Shown one piece after another: positions 27,109-36,273 of a stretch of DNA of 40,879 nt. This DNA comes from a virus (Duplodnaviria; Caudoviricetes). Each line of letters starts with the position of its first letter. Position 1 is the stretch's first letter. The DNA is taken from positions 1 through 40,879 of IMG/VR virus record IMGVR_UViG_3300021408_000140; one strand, given 5' to 3'. Both the position numbers and the translations under genes were made by a program. A model generated the notes under the pieces. The model searched no databases. It worked only from the letters and a program-made list of their open reading frames with translations, and was not told the origin of the DNA.

Positions 27109-28917
27109 CTAGCTCCCCCCAAACTTCCATACGGGGGTACGATATGGGCCTTCACGCCGCAGTCGTCCCTCGTGGCGGAGCGTGGTCCATGCGACCTGGA
27201 AAACCTCCCACTTGCCGCCGATGAGGTGTTGGGCGTCCTTGACGGTGCCCGAGAAGACGCCCTGGCATGAGCCGAAGAACCGCTCGATGCGTTCGACGGT
27301 ATTTTGAAGCTTTGCCTGTTCACGCTGTCCTTCGGTCGCCTCTTCTCGCTGCTCGGCCTCCTCGGGATCCATGTGGACGAGCCGCACGGAATCCGGGCCA
27401 GACTCGATGCGTAGGTAGAAATCGTCCAGCGTCTTGTCGAGCTCTCGCGTCTTCTCGTGACTCACGAGCATCGGCGCCTCCTTCTCCTGCGCCGTAAGGA
27501 CGAACTTCGTCTGGACCGCGTCGTCGATCGCCGACGTTCCGCGCCCCGTATTCCGCCGAGACGCCCCATCCGTTGGCTTGCCACCGTGGTGCAAGACGAC
27601 GATCGAGCAGCCCGTCCGGTCGCTCACGCCGGCGAGCATGTCAAGGTACTCGCGGAACTCGCTCTTGTTCTCGTCGACACCGGGAACCGCCGCGCGGAGC
27701 GGGTCGATAGTCGCGAGCGCGAATCCATCGAGCAGGTAGCAGTAATGATCGAGCGCCTCGGTCGTTCGCAGATTCAGCCGCGGAAGGACATGCAGGCTCA
27801 TGCGCTCGCGGAGCTCATCGATGTCAATGACGAGACCCATTCGGACGCGCTGCAGATACCTCTTTACGTGGCGACGACCCATCTCGTGGTCGAAGTGTGC
27901 CCATCGCCCGCTCTGCGTCCGGTGCACGCCGAACACGTCGCGACCAGCGGCGACGGCGAGTCCCATCGACAGCAAATAGAGCGTTTTGCCCGTGTACCAA
28001 GAGCCCGTCACAAGGTGCGGTGGGCCGGGCGCGATCCCCATCGCCGGCACGACGAGCTCGATGCTCGTGTTCGGCGTCCAGATCTCGTCGAACGGGAGCC
28101 GCGGAGCAAGCTCGTCAGCAGGATGCGACGCCGGAGCCATCGTCGAAGGCTCCGGCTCGGCCGTGTCGTCGACCGTAATGAGCTGGTGAATACCCCCGCC
28201 GGCCTCTAGTAAGTCCGACACGTCCTTATGAGGCTTCGGGCAAACCGTCAGGCGCACGCTCCGCGCTATGCCGTGGAGGTTCAGCACGACCTCCGCGGCG
28301 TGGCTCGCCCCCGCATCGTCCGCGTCACCGATGACAACGACGTCACGACCGCGAAGAACAACAGCGGCCGAGTCGGCGACCATCCCCCACTTGCCCGCTC
28401 CGCCCGGATTGGTCGTCGCAACGAGCCCCTCAGCAACGAGGCGCTCGACGTCCTTCTCCCCCTCGACAAGGTAAACAGGAGCCGCCTCGGGAGCAGCCAG
28501 GAGCTCCGGCAACCGGTAGGGCACCCGACGCACACCGCTAAGCTGCCAGATCCATCCACCGTCCCCGTCAGGTCGGCGCTGAAGAAACCTCTTACCGGCC
28601 TTGCGTACGACCTGGAAGAGTAGCGCCCCGCTCTCGTCGCGGTAGTTGTACACCGCAAGGATGTCGTCGCGCGGCCGCTCGTCCGCGCCGTGCGTGACGC
28701 CACACTTGCACGAGCCCCTCATCTTGTGGGCGTACATGCCATCGTGCCCTTGCCCGAGGCCGCTCGCGTGCTCGTCGCGGGCGCAGTGACACCACTTGCC
28801 ATCTTCCGTGGTCCAGCCCCAACAGCGTTTCTCGTTGCCGCGTCGGTCGCCGTCCGCGCCCCCGCAGACGCCGCAGGGGTTACGGCGCGTGTGGCGCATA
28901 CTCGGTGAGACACTCAT
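27109..28917 (-). CDS. Primase-helicase (Zn-binding N-terminus, TOPRIM, RecA/AAA_25-type helicase)
   Basis: CxxC clusters; YLVEGEKD, GDADDAG; GSWYTGKT, IDPL, VLHH..K, RGTSAI. Confidence 0.9.
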   Translation of the reverse strand: MSVSPSMRHTRRNPCGVCGGADGDRRGNEKRCWGWTTEDGKWCHCARDEHASGLGQGHDGMYAHKMRGSCKCGVTHGADERPRDDILAVYNYRDESGALLFQVVRKAGKRFLQRRPDGDGGWIWQLSGVRRVPYRLPELLAAPEAAPVYLVEGEKDVERLVAEGLVATTNPGGAGKWGMVADSAAVVLRGRDVVVIGDADDAGASHAAEVVLNLHGIARSVRLTVCPKPHKDVSDLLEAGGGIHQLITVDDTAEPEPSTMAPASHPADELAPRLPFDEIWTPNTSIELVVPAMGIAPGPPHLVTGSWYTGKTLYLLSMGLAVAAGRDVFGVHRTQSGRWAHFDHEMGRRHVKRYLQRVRMGLVIDIDELRERMSLHVLPRLNLRTTEALDHYCYLLDGFALATIDPLRAAVPGVDENKSEFREYLDMLAGVSDRTGCSIVVLHHGGKPTDGASRRNTGRGTSAIDDAVQTKFVLTAQEKEAPMLVSHEKTRELDKTLDDFYLRIESGPDSVRLVHMDPEEAEQREEATEGQREQAKLQNTVERIERFFGSCQGVFSGTVKDAQHLIGGKWEVFQVAWTTLRHEGRLRREGPYRTPVWKFGGS

Positions 28918-29294
28918 GCGACCCCCATCAGGACCTCGCGGGCGGTCTCGAGCGCGGCGCGGGCCTCCTCGACCGAGGACACGACGAACACCAGTGCGCC
29001 GAACGACCGCCAGATGCGATGCGCCTTCTCTTGCTCGGCAGTCGCCTTCTCACCCGGGCATTTCACCTCGAGGCAAAACCACACACCGATCGCTTTCCAC
29101 CGCAAGATGCCGACGAGATCTGGAGAGCCGTCGCCGAGGCCGTACGGCACGTGCCACATCTTGCCCGTCGCCTCATGGATGTATTTCGCGAGGCCGCAAC
29201 TGTTCCGGAGCAAAAGGAGGTCGGACTCGCTGCCAATGGCGACCTCGATATCGGCCTGGATGCGCTTCTCCAGGACGGGGCGACGCTTGCTCAT
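28914..29294 (-). CDS. VRR-NUC domain nuclease
   Basis: EK.IQ..I, GSPDL.G, LEVK.PG..T.EQ motifs. Confidence 0.85.
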   Translation of the reverse strand: MSKRRPVLEKRIQADIEVAIGSESDLLLLRNSCGLAKYIHEATGKMWHVPYGLGDGSPDLVGILRWKAIGVWFCLEVKCPGEKATAEQEKAHRIWRSFGALVFVVSSVEEARAALETAREVLMGVA

Positions 29295-30604
29295 GGCGTC
29301 CTCTCTGGCTCTCGAGCGAAGCGGCGACGGAACTCACGTAACGCGAAGGCATGCGCGCGCTCGCTCGACATGCGCATTCGTCTCTGTCCGATCGTGACGA
29401 GGCGCCAGATGTACGCGCTGTCTCTCTTGTGCTGAGGGACGTCCTTCAGCCTCTCGAGAGCCTCGACGCGACGGAGGACGCGCGGGATCTTTTCCACGGC
29501 ATCGTGCTCCGCTCCGCACCGCGGGCACACTCGAGCGGGGCGGAAGATGGCCATGCACTCCGTGCACCTCCGGAACGACGTCATGGTCTCGACGCGCACG
29601 CACGCCGAGCCCGTGAGACTCCACCGACGCTCCTCATCAGGCAGGCCGTGCAGATGCACCGAGCCTCGGAGGTCGAGAACGGTGCATCCAGCCTTGCCCG
29701 TCTCTGGTGATGGCCTCAGGCCGCGCCCGGTGGCCTGGAGGAACGCGCCGGTCACGGTGAACGGCCGCGCGAGGACGACGACCTCGATAGAGGGGAGGTC
29801 GAAACCCTCAAGAAACACACCGACACCAACGAGCACCCTCACGCCACCGTCGGCCATGGCGAGGCGCAGGAGCTCGCGCTCATCGCGCGGCGTGTCGCCG
29901 AGCATGAGCCCGGCCGGATACCCGGCTGCGCCGAACGACACCGCGCACGCCCGGGCGTGCGCGACGGACGCAGCGAAGACGATGGCCCGCCGGCCGGCCG
30001 TGTGCTTCACGTAGGCCTCGATAGGATCGTCTACCAAGGCCCTCTCGTTGAAGGCCGTGGGCGCGAGCACATCGCACGGCACGAGATGTCCATGCTCGGT
30101 CAGCCAGCGGTTGGACGGTCCCGTGATGAGCCGGCCGAACACTGCGCCCAAAGGTTTCCCGTCGCCTCGCTGCGGCGTCGCCGTGAGCCCCAGAATCCAC
30201 GCCTCGGGGTACGCGTCGACGATCGCTTTCACGCTCGCGCCCATGACGCGATGGCATTCGTCGAGGATGACGAGGTCGGCCGGCGGCCTCTCTTCGCGAG
30301 CCCATAGCGTCTGGAGGCTCGCCACATGGACGTGCGCCTCCGCGTCGACAGGACGCCCAGCCTGAATGAATCCCGCCCTCACTCCCGCGCGCTTGAGCCG
30401 CGCGTGCGTGTCACCGACGAGGGTGTCGAGGTGCGCGAGGAAGAGGACGCGATGTCCGCGCACGACGGCGTACTCGATGAGCGACGCGGCGGTGTGCGTC
30501 TTGCCACCGCCGGTGCCGAGCTGCATTACGACCGTACGCGAGCCGCCATTGAAGGCGGCGATGACCTCGGCGACGAGATCGCTCTGATACTGCCGAAGGC
30601 TCAC
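29291..30604 (-). CDS. SF2 DEAD/DEAH-box helicase with C-terminal Zn ribbon
   Basis: LRQYQ, GTGGGKT, DECH, TATP.R, EGFDLP, Q.TGRGLR, two CxxC motifs. Confidence 0.92.
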   Translation of the reverse strand: MSLRQYQSDLVAEVIAAFNGGSRTVVMQLGTGGGKTHTAASLIEYAVVRGHRVLFLAHLDTLVGDTHARLKRAGVRAGFIQAGRPVDAEAHVHVASLQTLWAREERPPADLVILDECHRVMGASVKAIVDAYPEAWILGLTATPQRGDGKPLGAVFGRLITGPSNRWLTEHGHLVPCDVLAPTAFNERALVDDPIEAYVKHTAGRRAIVFAASVAHARACAVSFGAAGYPAGLMLGDTPRDERELLRLAMADGGVRVLVGVGVFLEGFDLPSIEVVVLARPFTVTGAFLQATGRGLRPSPETGKAGCTVLDLRGSVHLHGLPDEERRWSLTGSACVRVETMTSFRRCTECMAIFRPARVCPRCGAEHDAVEKIPRVLRRVEALERLKDVPQHKRDSAYIWRLVTIGQRRMRMSSERAHAFALREFRRRFAREPERTP

Positions 30605-30930
30605 GGCTCCGATCCGAGCTCGAGCGCCGGTGGGATGCGACGCAGCAAGAGTTCGAGCTGAGCGCGTGTGTAACGGACAGACGCGACCGTGGTGCCGTGA
30701 TGACGGAGGAGCGAGACGACGTATCGTCCGTCGGCGGTCGGCTCGATGACGACGTCCTCCGATGGCGTCTCTTCGGAAGGAGGCACGACGCGTAGATGCG
30801 GTCGCTGCGGCAGGTCATCCTCTTCCGAGGACTCAGGCTCCACGGTGATCGGTGCACGCGCGACGGGCGTGAGCTCTCGCTCACCGAACAGCGAACCTGT
30901 CGATGGCTGAGTCTTCTTGCGCGAGGCCAT
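30601..30930 (-). CDS. Hypothetical protein
   Basis: ORF coupled to the helicase start. Confidence 0.6.
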   Translation of the reverse strand: MASRKKTQPSTGSLFGERELTPVARAPITVEPESSEEDDLPQRPHLRVVPPSEETPSEDVVIEPTADGRYVVSLLRHHGTTVASVRYTRAQLELLLRRIPPALELGSEP

Positions 30931-30933
30931 GAC

Positions 30934-31887
30934 TCACGCCGCCCCGAAGAGTGTCTGTTGCTTGACCGTCTCGGCCTCTCGTAGGTTCCGCGCTGCTTGC
31001 TGGTAGTAGCTCGCCTTGAGCTCGGCACCCACGAACCGACGCCCTTCCTGGAGCGCCACGTACCCCTCGCTGCCGATGCCGGCGAACGGAGACCAGACGA
31101 CGTCGTCGGGGTTACTCCAGAGCCGCACACATCGACGGATGACGCCGAGCTGCAGGGGGCAGATGTGTCGTTCGTCATCGTGCTCGCGAGCGCTTCGGTA
31201 CTGCAGCGTGTCGGTCGGATCGATGCCGCTCGCGTCGTCGTCCGGGTTCTCCTTGTCCGTGCACGCAAGGAATCCCTCCTGGTCGATCGCCTCCGTCGTA
31301 ACCCAGACGGGCGACGCGTAGCGTTGCCAGAGGCCAACGGGAAAGTCATTCTCGTCCTTCGTCACCGGCTCGACGTTGTCGAACGGCGCGCGCATGACGA
31401 CAACATAGTCAGGGATCCCCTGGCGACTCATCGCGCTATCCTTGCGGAGCTGCTTGTAGAGCAGACCGAGCGCCTTCGTCCGTTGCATTGCAACGACGGG
31501 ATCTTTCCAGATCACAACCTCGGAGTGAAAGATGAATCCGCGCTTCTCGTATGCGCGGATGATCTCGCCGCGGAAGTCGCGCAGGCCGATGTACCCGTCG
31601 CGCGTCTTGCTCGTCGGCATAAGCATGCAATGTACAGCCACCAGCCGCCCGGGCTTCATCACACGCGCCTGCTCGGCGATGAGGAAGTCGTAATGCTCGA
31701 AAAACTCGGCGTCGTTCCGCACGTTGCCCATGTCGCGCGGCGAATTCGAGTATGTGTAAAGCGACGCGAACGGCGGCGAGAACACCGACAGGCCGACGGA
31801 TTGGTCAGGCAATCCGCGAGCGACGTCGACCGTGTCACCGTGAAATAAGGAGAATCGTTCCGTCACTGTCTGATCGATGACCTTCAT
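30934..31887 (-). CDS. Beta-class N4-C/N6-A DNA methyltransferase
   Basis: SVFSPPF (motif IV) precedes PFAGIGS (motif I); ATG at 31887 after AAGGAGG. Confidence 0.9.
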   Translation of the reverse strand: MKVIDQTVTERFSLFHGDTVDVARGLPDQSVGLSVFSPPFASLYTYSNSPRDMGNVRNDAEFFEHYDFLIAEQARVMKPGRLVAVHCMLMPTSKTRDGYIGLRDFRGEIIRAYEKRGFIFHSEVVIWKDPVVAMQRTKALGLLYKQLRKDSAMSRQGIPDYVVVMRAPFDNVEPVTKDENDFPVGLWQRYASPVWVTTEAIDQEGFLACTDKENPDDDASGIDPTDTLQYRSAREHDDERHICPLQLGVIRRCVRLWSNPDDVVWSPFAGIGSEGYVALQEGRRFVGAELKASYYQQAARNLREAETVKQQTLFGAA

Positions 31888-32210
31888 GACGCCCTCCTTG
31901 CGCGATGGTGGCGCTCTCCGATGGGAGAACCGCAAACTGCACACGGCTCTGCGACAGGAAACTTGCGTAATGCGCGCGATCGACCCGCCCTTGCGGTTGC
32001 TGCATCTCCCTTCCAGTTCGGATGGTCGACGCCGAACCGTTTGCGTCCTTCGACATGCGTTGAACTTTGGGTTTTTCCGGACCAGGAACGACCAAGGCAT
32101 GCTTGGCTACAGAATCGCGCCGTGCGTCCAGGCGGTTGGTATCGGACGACGCGACGGCCGCATGTCTCGCATCGGAAGTCGACGTTGGGCTTGCATCTCT
32201 TCCAGCTCAT
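31884..32210 (-). pseudogene. Zn-binding protein, probable truncated HNH endonuclease
   Basis: CETCG..FCSQAC..HPNWKG..CAVCG...RHH, then a stop before the N/H core. Confidence 0.55.
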
Positions 32211-33616
32211 GACGCCTCCTTCGTAAGCCATGCCGGTCGCGTCATCGCGACACGTGGCGCGTAGTCGTTCGTCTCGCGCGTGAGGCCGCGCACCTCGGCG
32301 CGCACCGCCTCGCGCGTCTCGGCCGAGAGCGTCTCGGCCATTGCCTTGGCGTCGCGCTCCTTACGTCGCAGGTTCTCCACGACGGCACCCTCGAGCTCCG
32401 ATGCAAAGAAGTGCGTCTCGACGGTGCGCCTCTGACCGAACCGCCAGCATCGGCGGATGGCTTGATAGGTCGACTCGAAGGAGTCGGACGCACCGACGAA
32501 TGCCATGCGCGCCGCGTGCTGCCAGTTGAGGCCGTAGCCCGTCATCTTGGCCTTCGTGATGAGCACGCGGATCTCTCCGGCGGAGAATGCGACGAGCCGC
32601 GACTCCTTGAGTAGCGCGTCGTCAGAGCCGCGGATCTCCACGGCGCCCGGAATGGCCTCGGCGAGCGCGTCGCTCTCGGCGTTGAGCTCACACCAGATGA
32701 TCCACGGCTCACCCTTCTCGCGCATGACGAGCTCCGCGCATTCGCGAACGCGATGGTCAATGGTCGACTTCCGCGCGGCACGACGCTCCGTGAGTGTCTT
32801 CGCTGGCTCGGCGAACAGAAGTCCTTGCGACTTCACGTGCTCCGGGTCGGCTGGAATGGTGTGTTGCGTGACTACGAGCGGCGGCAGGTCGTATCCGCCA
32901 TCGTCGTATCCGAGATCGCTCGGCCGACGCACGAGCGCACCCCATGTCGAGACCCATCGCCAGAAGGCGCCGCGCGCGTGACCCTTGATCCGCCAGTCCT
33001 GCGTCGAACCGCCGTCGTGGATGAAGTACTCGCTGAGCATCTCGGTGCGCGTGCACACGCCGAGAAACTGGGCTTGCGTCCCGAGCTCGGTATAGTCGTT
33101 CGGCGAAGGAGTCGCCGTTGCCGAGAGCTTGAATGGCGTGGCAGCGAAGCGCTCGAGCAGACGAGCGAGCGTCTTCGAGTCATGACTCTTGATGATGCTG
33201 GCCTCGTCGAGCACGACGCCCGAGAACACGCAGTCGTCGAAGTGATGAAGTCGGTCGTAATTCGTGACGACGATCCGCTCGTCAGCACCCTCGACATCCG
33301 CACCGTAACGGACCTGACGAGCCGCGACGCCGATGGCACTCGCCTCCCTTACCGTTTGCGCGCCAACGGCGAGCGGCGCGAGGATGAGTACACGCTCACC
33401 GGTGTGTTCCGCGACGCAGCGAGCCCACTCGAGCTCCTGACGTGTCTTGCCAAGGCCCGTGTCAGCGAAGAGCGCGGCGCGTCCGCGCCGGAGTGCCCAA
33501 GAGACGAGGTCGCGCTGGAATGGAAAGAGCGACGGGTGCAGGTCAGGAACGGACGGCAGCCCCGTCGCGGGCACGGTCGAAAGTTTCGACGTGACGAACG
33601 CGTCGTAGTCATTCAT
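32207..33616 (-). CDS. SNF2-like helicase (methylase-associated)
   Basis: LFPFQ, DTGLGKT, LDEAS, TATPSPND, GLNWQ, QAIRRCWRFGQ. Confidence 0.9.
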   Translation of the reverse strand: MNDYDAFVTSKLSTVPATGLPSVPDLHPSLFPFQRDLVSWALRRGRAALFADTGLGKTRQELEWARCVAEHTGERVLILAPLAVGAQTVREASAIGVAARQVRYGADVEGADERIVVTNYDRLHHFDDCVFSGVVLDEASIIKSHDSKTLARLLERFAATPFKLSATATPSPNDYTELGTQAQFLGVCTRTEMLSEYFIHDGGSTQDWRIKGHARGAFWRWVSTWGALVRRPSDLGYDDGGYDLPPLVVTQHTIPADPEHVKSQGLLFAEPAKTLTERRAARKSTIDHRVRECAELVMREKGEPWIIWCELNAESDALAEAIPGAVEIRGSDDALLKESRLVAFSAGEIRVLITKAKMTGYGLNWQHAARMAFVGASDSFESTYQAIRRCWRFGQRRTVETHFFASELEGAVVENLRRKERDAKAMAETLSAETREAVRAEVRGLTRETNDYAPRVAMTRPAWLTKEAS

Positions 33617-34046
33617 CGCGTGGCTCCTTTACCCAAAGCGCCTCGACGATTCGCCGGTGCAGCTCCACCAACTCGGCGCGCGTTAGTAGGATCGCCGTCG
33701 TGTCCTGGATCCGCAGGACGCATTCGCCGTTGCGCCACTCGACGCGCGGCTCCTGGTGTAGCGACGGCGGGCGTTTGGCCAGTCCGGGCCCCAGTCTCCG
33801 AACGCCCGACATCACCGTGGTGTGGTCGACGTCGCAGAGGATGCCTATCTCGGGATAGGAGAGCCCTTTCGCCCTGAGCTCGAGCCAGAACATGTGACGA
33901 GCCCGCGTGACGAGCGCCGATTTTGCTCGACCAAGCAGTTCGCCGGGAAGGACGTGATGGTCTCGTGCAACGTCCACAAGGACGTGATCGAGTCCGCGAG
34001 CGGCGAGTCGGTCTCGTAGAATGCGCTCGCGATCGACAGCGATCAT
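33609..34046 (-). CDS. DnaA C-terminal-like (domain IV) HTH protein
   Basis: ARH...LSYPEIG...DHTTVMSG; ATG at 34046 after AGAGGAG. Confidence 0.75.
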   Translation of the reverse strand: MIAVDRERILRDRLAARGLDHVLVDVARDHHVLPGELLGRAKSALVTRARHMFWLELRAKGLSYPEIGILCDVDHTTVMSGVRRLGPGLAKRPPSLHQEPRVEWRNGECVLRIQDTTAILLTRAELVELHRRIVEALWVKEPRDE

Positions 34047-34117
34047 GGTGTCTCCTCTTCGGTGCGAACGGCAGCGCTTGCAGAATGCAAGCATCCCGAC
34101 CATGCTCGGGAATGGCT

Positions 34118-34357
34118 CTAGCCGTCGGTGCCAGTGCGACGCGCACGCGGAGCGCCGACCTCTGTTGGGACCTTGCCCTTCGACCAGCGCTCGATTCTGT
34201 CGCGCGTCGCCCGGCGAGGAACCGCGCCGCGGCACCAGTAACTAATCTGCGAGACGGTGGCGCGGATCCCGGCCCGCCGGAGCGAGAAAACCACGTCCAG
34301 TTGGCTCATCCCCAGCCGATCCACGTGAGCGCGAAACGCGTCGGACCACGACGTCAT
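34118..34357 (-). CDS. Cro-like XRE HTH regulator
   Basis: 79 aa; SQ.D....I..T.SQISYW.RG..P; divergent from the repressor gene. Confidence 0.72.
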   Translation of the reverse strand: MTSWSDAFRAHVDRLGMSQLDVVFSLRRAGIRATVSQISYWCRGAVPRRATRDRIERWSKGKVPTEVGAPRARRTGTDG

Positions 34358-34430
34358 GGATAATCAGTATGCTGATTCTGATTCAGACGCAACACCGATC
34401 TGTCGAGAAAGAATCAGAATTCAGTATCCC
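34358..34430. promoter_or_regulatory. Divergent operator/promoter region (OR-like)
   Basis: Palindrome AATCAG-TATG-CTGATT at 34362-34377 plus GAATCAG repeats; minus-strand TTGCGT-N15-CATACT. Confidence 0.7.
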
Positions 34431-34451
34431 AACGTGGCTAACCTTCGGGAA

Positions 34452-35093
34452 ATGCCCCCGAAGTCGCCGCGACCTCCGGCGCCTGCGGCTCCGCCGACGA
34501 AGGAGTTCGATCCGACGTCCAGGTTCATCCGCTTCCTCATCGCCGAGTACGAGGAAGGCGGCGGCAAGCTAAAAGATCTTGCCGCAAAGGCCGGCTTGGC
34601 CAAGTCGATGCCGTCGCAAATCAAGGCGCGTACGAGCGGCGCGTCGTTCTATTCGGCAGCTAAGTTTGCGCGCGTCTTCGGTTACCGCGACCTCGCCCAT
34701 CTCGTCGCTGCGGCAGCGGTCTGGGCGCAGCAGGAAGACCAAACGAAGCGCCCTTCAGGGCAGGAGACGCCTCGCGAGGAAGCGGTGCGTCTCGCGCTCG
34801 GCTATGGGCTGACAGTCGAGCAGATCGATCGCGTCCTCTCGCGCTTGCCTTCCCCGGACTTCGACAACCAGGACGCGCTCTGGTGGTTGGCTCGATTCCA
34901 CGAGGAGCGGAGCCTCGATGATGCCCGCGCGGGCCAAGAAAAGGCTCAGCGCTACGTTGAGACGGACCGCGCCAGAACGCAAAAACTGGCACAGGACAGA
35001 ATCCGGAACAAGAAGGAGCAGCTAAAAGAGGCCCGCCGCGAGGAGGCGGCGACGTCCGCTTCGCCCGCCCGCCACCGGCACCGGGCCTCCTAA
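34452..35093 (+). CDS. CI-like repressor (N-terminal XRE HTH)
   Basis: LKDLAAKAGLAKSMPSQIK HTH; flanked by operator repeats on both sides. Confidence 0.7.
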   Translation: MPPKSPRPPAPAAPPTKEFDPTSRFIRFLIAEYEEGGGKLKDLAAKAGLAKSMPSQIKARTSGASFYSAAKFARVFGYRDLAHLVAAAAVWAQQEDQTKRPSGQETPREEAVRLALGYGLTVEQIDRVLSRLPSPDFDNQDALWWLARFHEERSLDDARAGQEKAQRYVETDRARTQKLAQDRIRNKKEQLKEARREEAATSASPARHRHRAS

Positions 35094-35140
35094 ACGGTTC
35101 GTCCAGGCGCATCCTCTACAACTCAGCACGGCGCCACAAC

Positions 35141-35199
35141 AATTCAGTATGCTGATTCTGTCCTTGCGGAGCGAATCAGAATCAGTATTATGAATCTCG
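35141..35199 (+). promoter_or_regulatory. Second operator/promoter region (OL-like)
   Basis: TCAGTATGCTGATTCTG identical to 34364-34380; TTGCGG-N16-TATTAT. Confidence 0.7.
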
Positions 35200-35406
35200 A
35201 TGGTGAACGCTATCGAGGTCCCGGTGAGCTTCAAGGTGTGCGGCTGCGGCCGCGAGCACGACGCGGCGTCGTGGTCGGATCTGCCGCTCGTTGGCTTCAT
35301 GGACCTCGACGCGGACGGTGACGAGCGCCTGGAGCTCAGAAACTGCCCGTGCGGCAGCACGGTGGCGGTTGAGCTCCCGGCTGAGCCGGCGCGGAGCGCA
35401 GCATGA
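35200..35406 (+). CDS. Small Cys-containing early protein
   Basis: CGCG...LELRNCPCGST; first gene after the promoter. Confidence 0.7.
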   Translation: MVNAIEVPVSFKVCGCGREHDAASWSDLPLVGFMDLDADGDERLELRNCPCGSTVAVELPAEPARSAA

Positions 35407-35660
35407 GCGCCTGCCCGGCCCCGCTGTTCGGCGTCGCCCAGCTCGTGGACGCGGTCTTCGAGTGGACGAGGATCCGTGACCTTCGCCGCGAGCGCGGTGA
35501 CGCACAAGGCGCAGAGCTCGCCGAGGAGCGGCGCGTCCACTTCGCCACGCTGCTCGAGCGTGCGCGCAAGAGCACGTCCGCTCCGTGTCGCCACGACTTC
35601 CGCGACGGCGATGTGTGCTCGAAGTGCGACGCGGCTCGGTCGCCTCGGAGGGGCTCATGA
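35403..35660 (+). CDS. Hypothetical early protein
   Basis: ATGA coupling; C.H...C..C tail. Confidence 0.65.
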   Translation: MSACPAPLFGVAQLVDAVFEWTRIRDLRRERGDAQGAELAEERRVHFATLLERARKSTSAPCRHDFRDGDVCSKCDAARSPRRGS

Positions 35661-36079
35661 GCGGCCCCGACGACCACGGCTTCCACCCCCGCGCCAGCGC
35701 GGTGGCGGCCCCCCCCGACGACGAGGACACCTCTCCCTGCCGTCGCGAGGGCAGCGTGAACGACGACCGCGACTGGACGCACGGCGAGAGCATCCGCCTC
35801 ACCGCGGCGGATTACCTGCCCGTCGACGCGCCTCACATCGAGCGCGCGAGGCAGGAGGAGGAGGGGGAGATGGTGGACGTAGGAAGCGAGGCCTTGGCGT
35901 TCGCAGAGGCGACGAGGACGACGATCGTGAAGCTTCGGAGGGAGCGCGATGACGCCCTCTGCGACGTGGCTCGTCTCGAGCGTCTGCTCGACGAGGCATG
36001 CGACGCGATGGCGGAGAAGGACACGTACATCAAGGAGCTCCGGGGAGCCGAACGCGCGCACGCGGGAACGGGCCGATGA
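35657..36079 (+). CDS. Hypothetical coiled-coil protein
   Basis: ATGA coupling; GGAGGGG RBS. Confidence 0.65.
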   Translation: MSGPDDHGFHPRASAVAAPPDDEDTSPCRREGSVNDDRDWTHGESIRLTAADYLPVDAPHIERARQEEEGEMVDVGSEALAFAEATRTTIVKLRRERDDALCDVARLERLLDEACDAMAEKDTYIKELRGAERAHAGTGR

Positions 36080-36273
36080 GCGCGGCGCAGGCAGCGCGCA
36101 GCCTGGCGGAGGCACTCTCAGATACGCATGCTCTCCTCGAGGTCGCCGAACGTGCGGGCGTCTCGGTCGACGAGACGCGTAGGGTAGCGGCGGCGCTCGC
36201 AGATCTGCGAATCGTACAGGCGCTCCGGATCTGCACCACCGCGCAGCGGTGTCGATCGACGAGGACACGATGA
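36076..36273 (+). CDS. Hypothetical protein
   Basis: ATGA coupling at both ends. Confidence 0.55.
   Translation: MSAAQAARSLAEALSDTHALLEVAERAGVSVDETRRVAAALADLRIVQALRICTTAQRCRSTRTR

Noticed and set aside
30934-33616. Restriction-modification or DISARM/BREX-type defence system
   Set aside because: No cognate restriction subunit or other system genes; it sits in the phage early lytic operon
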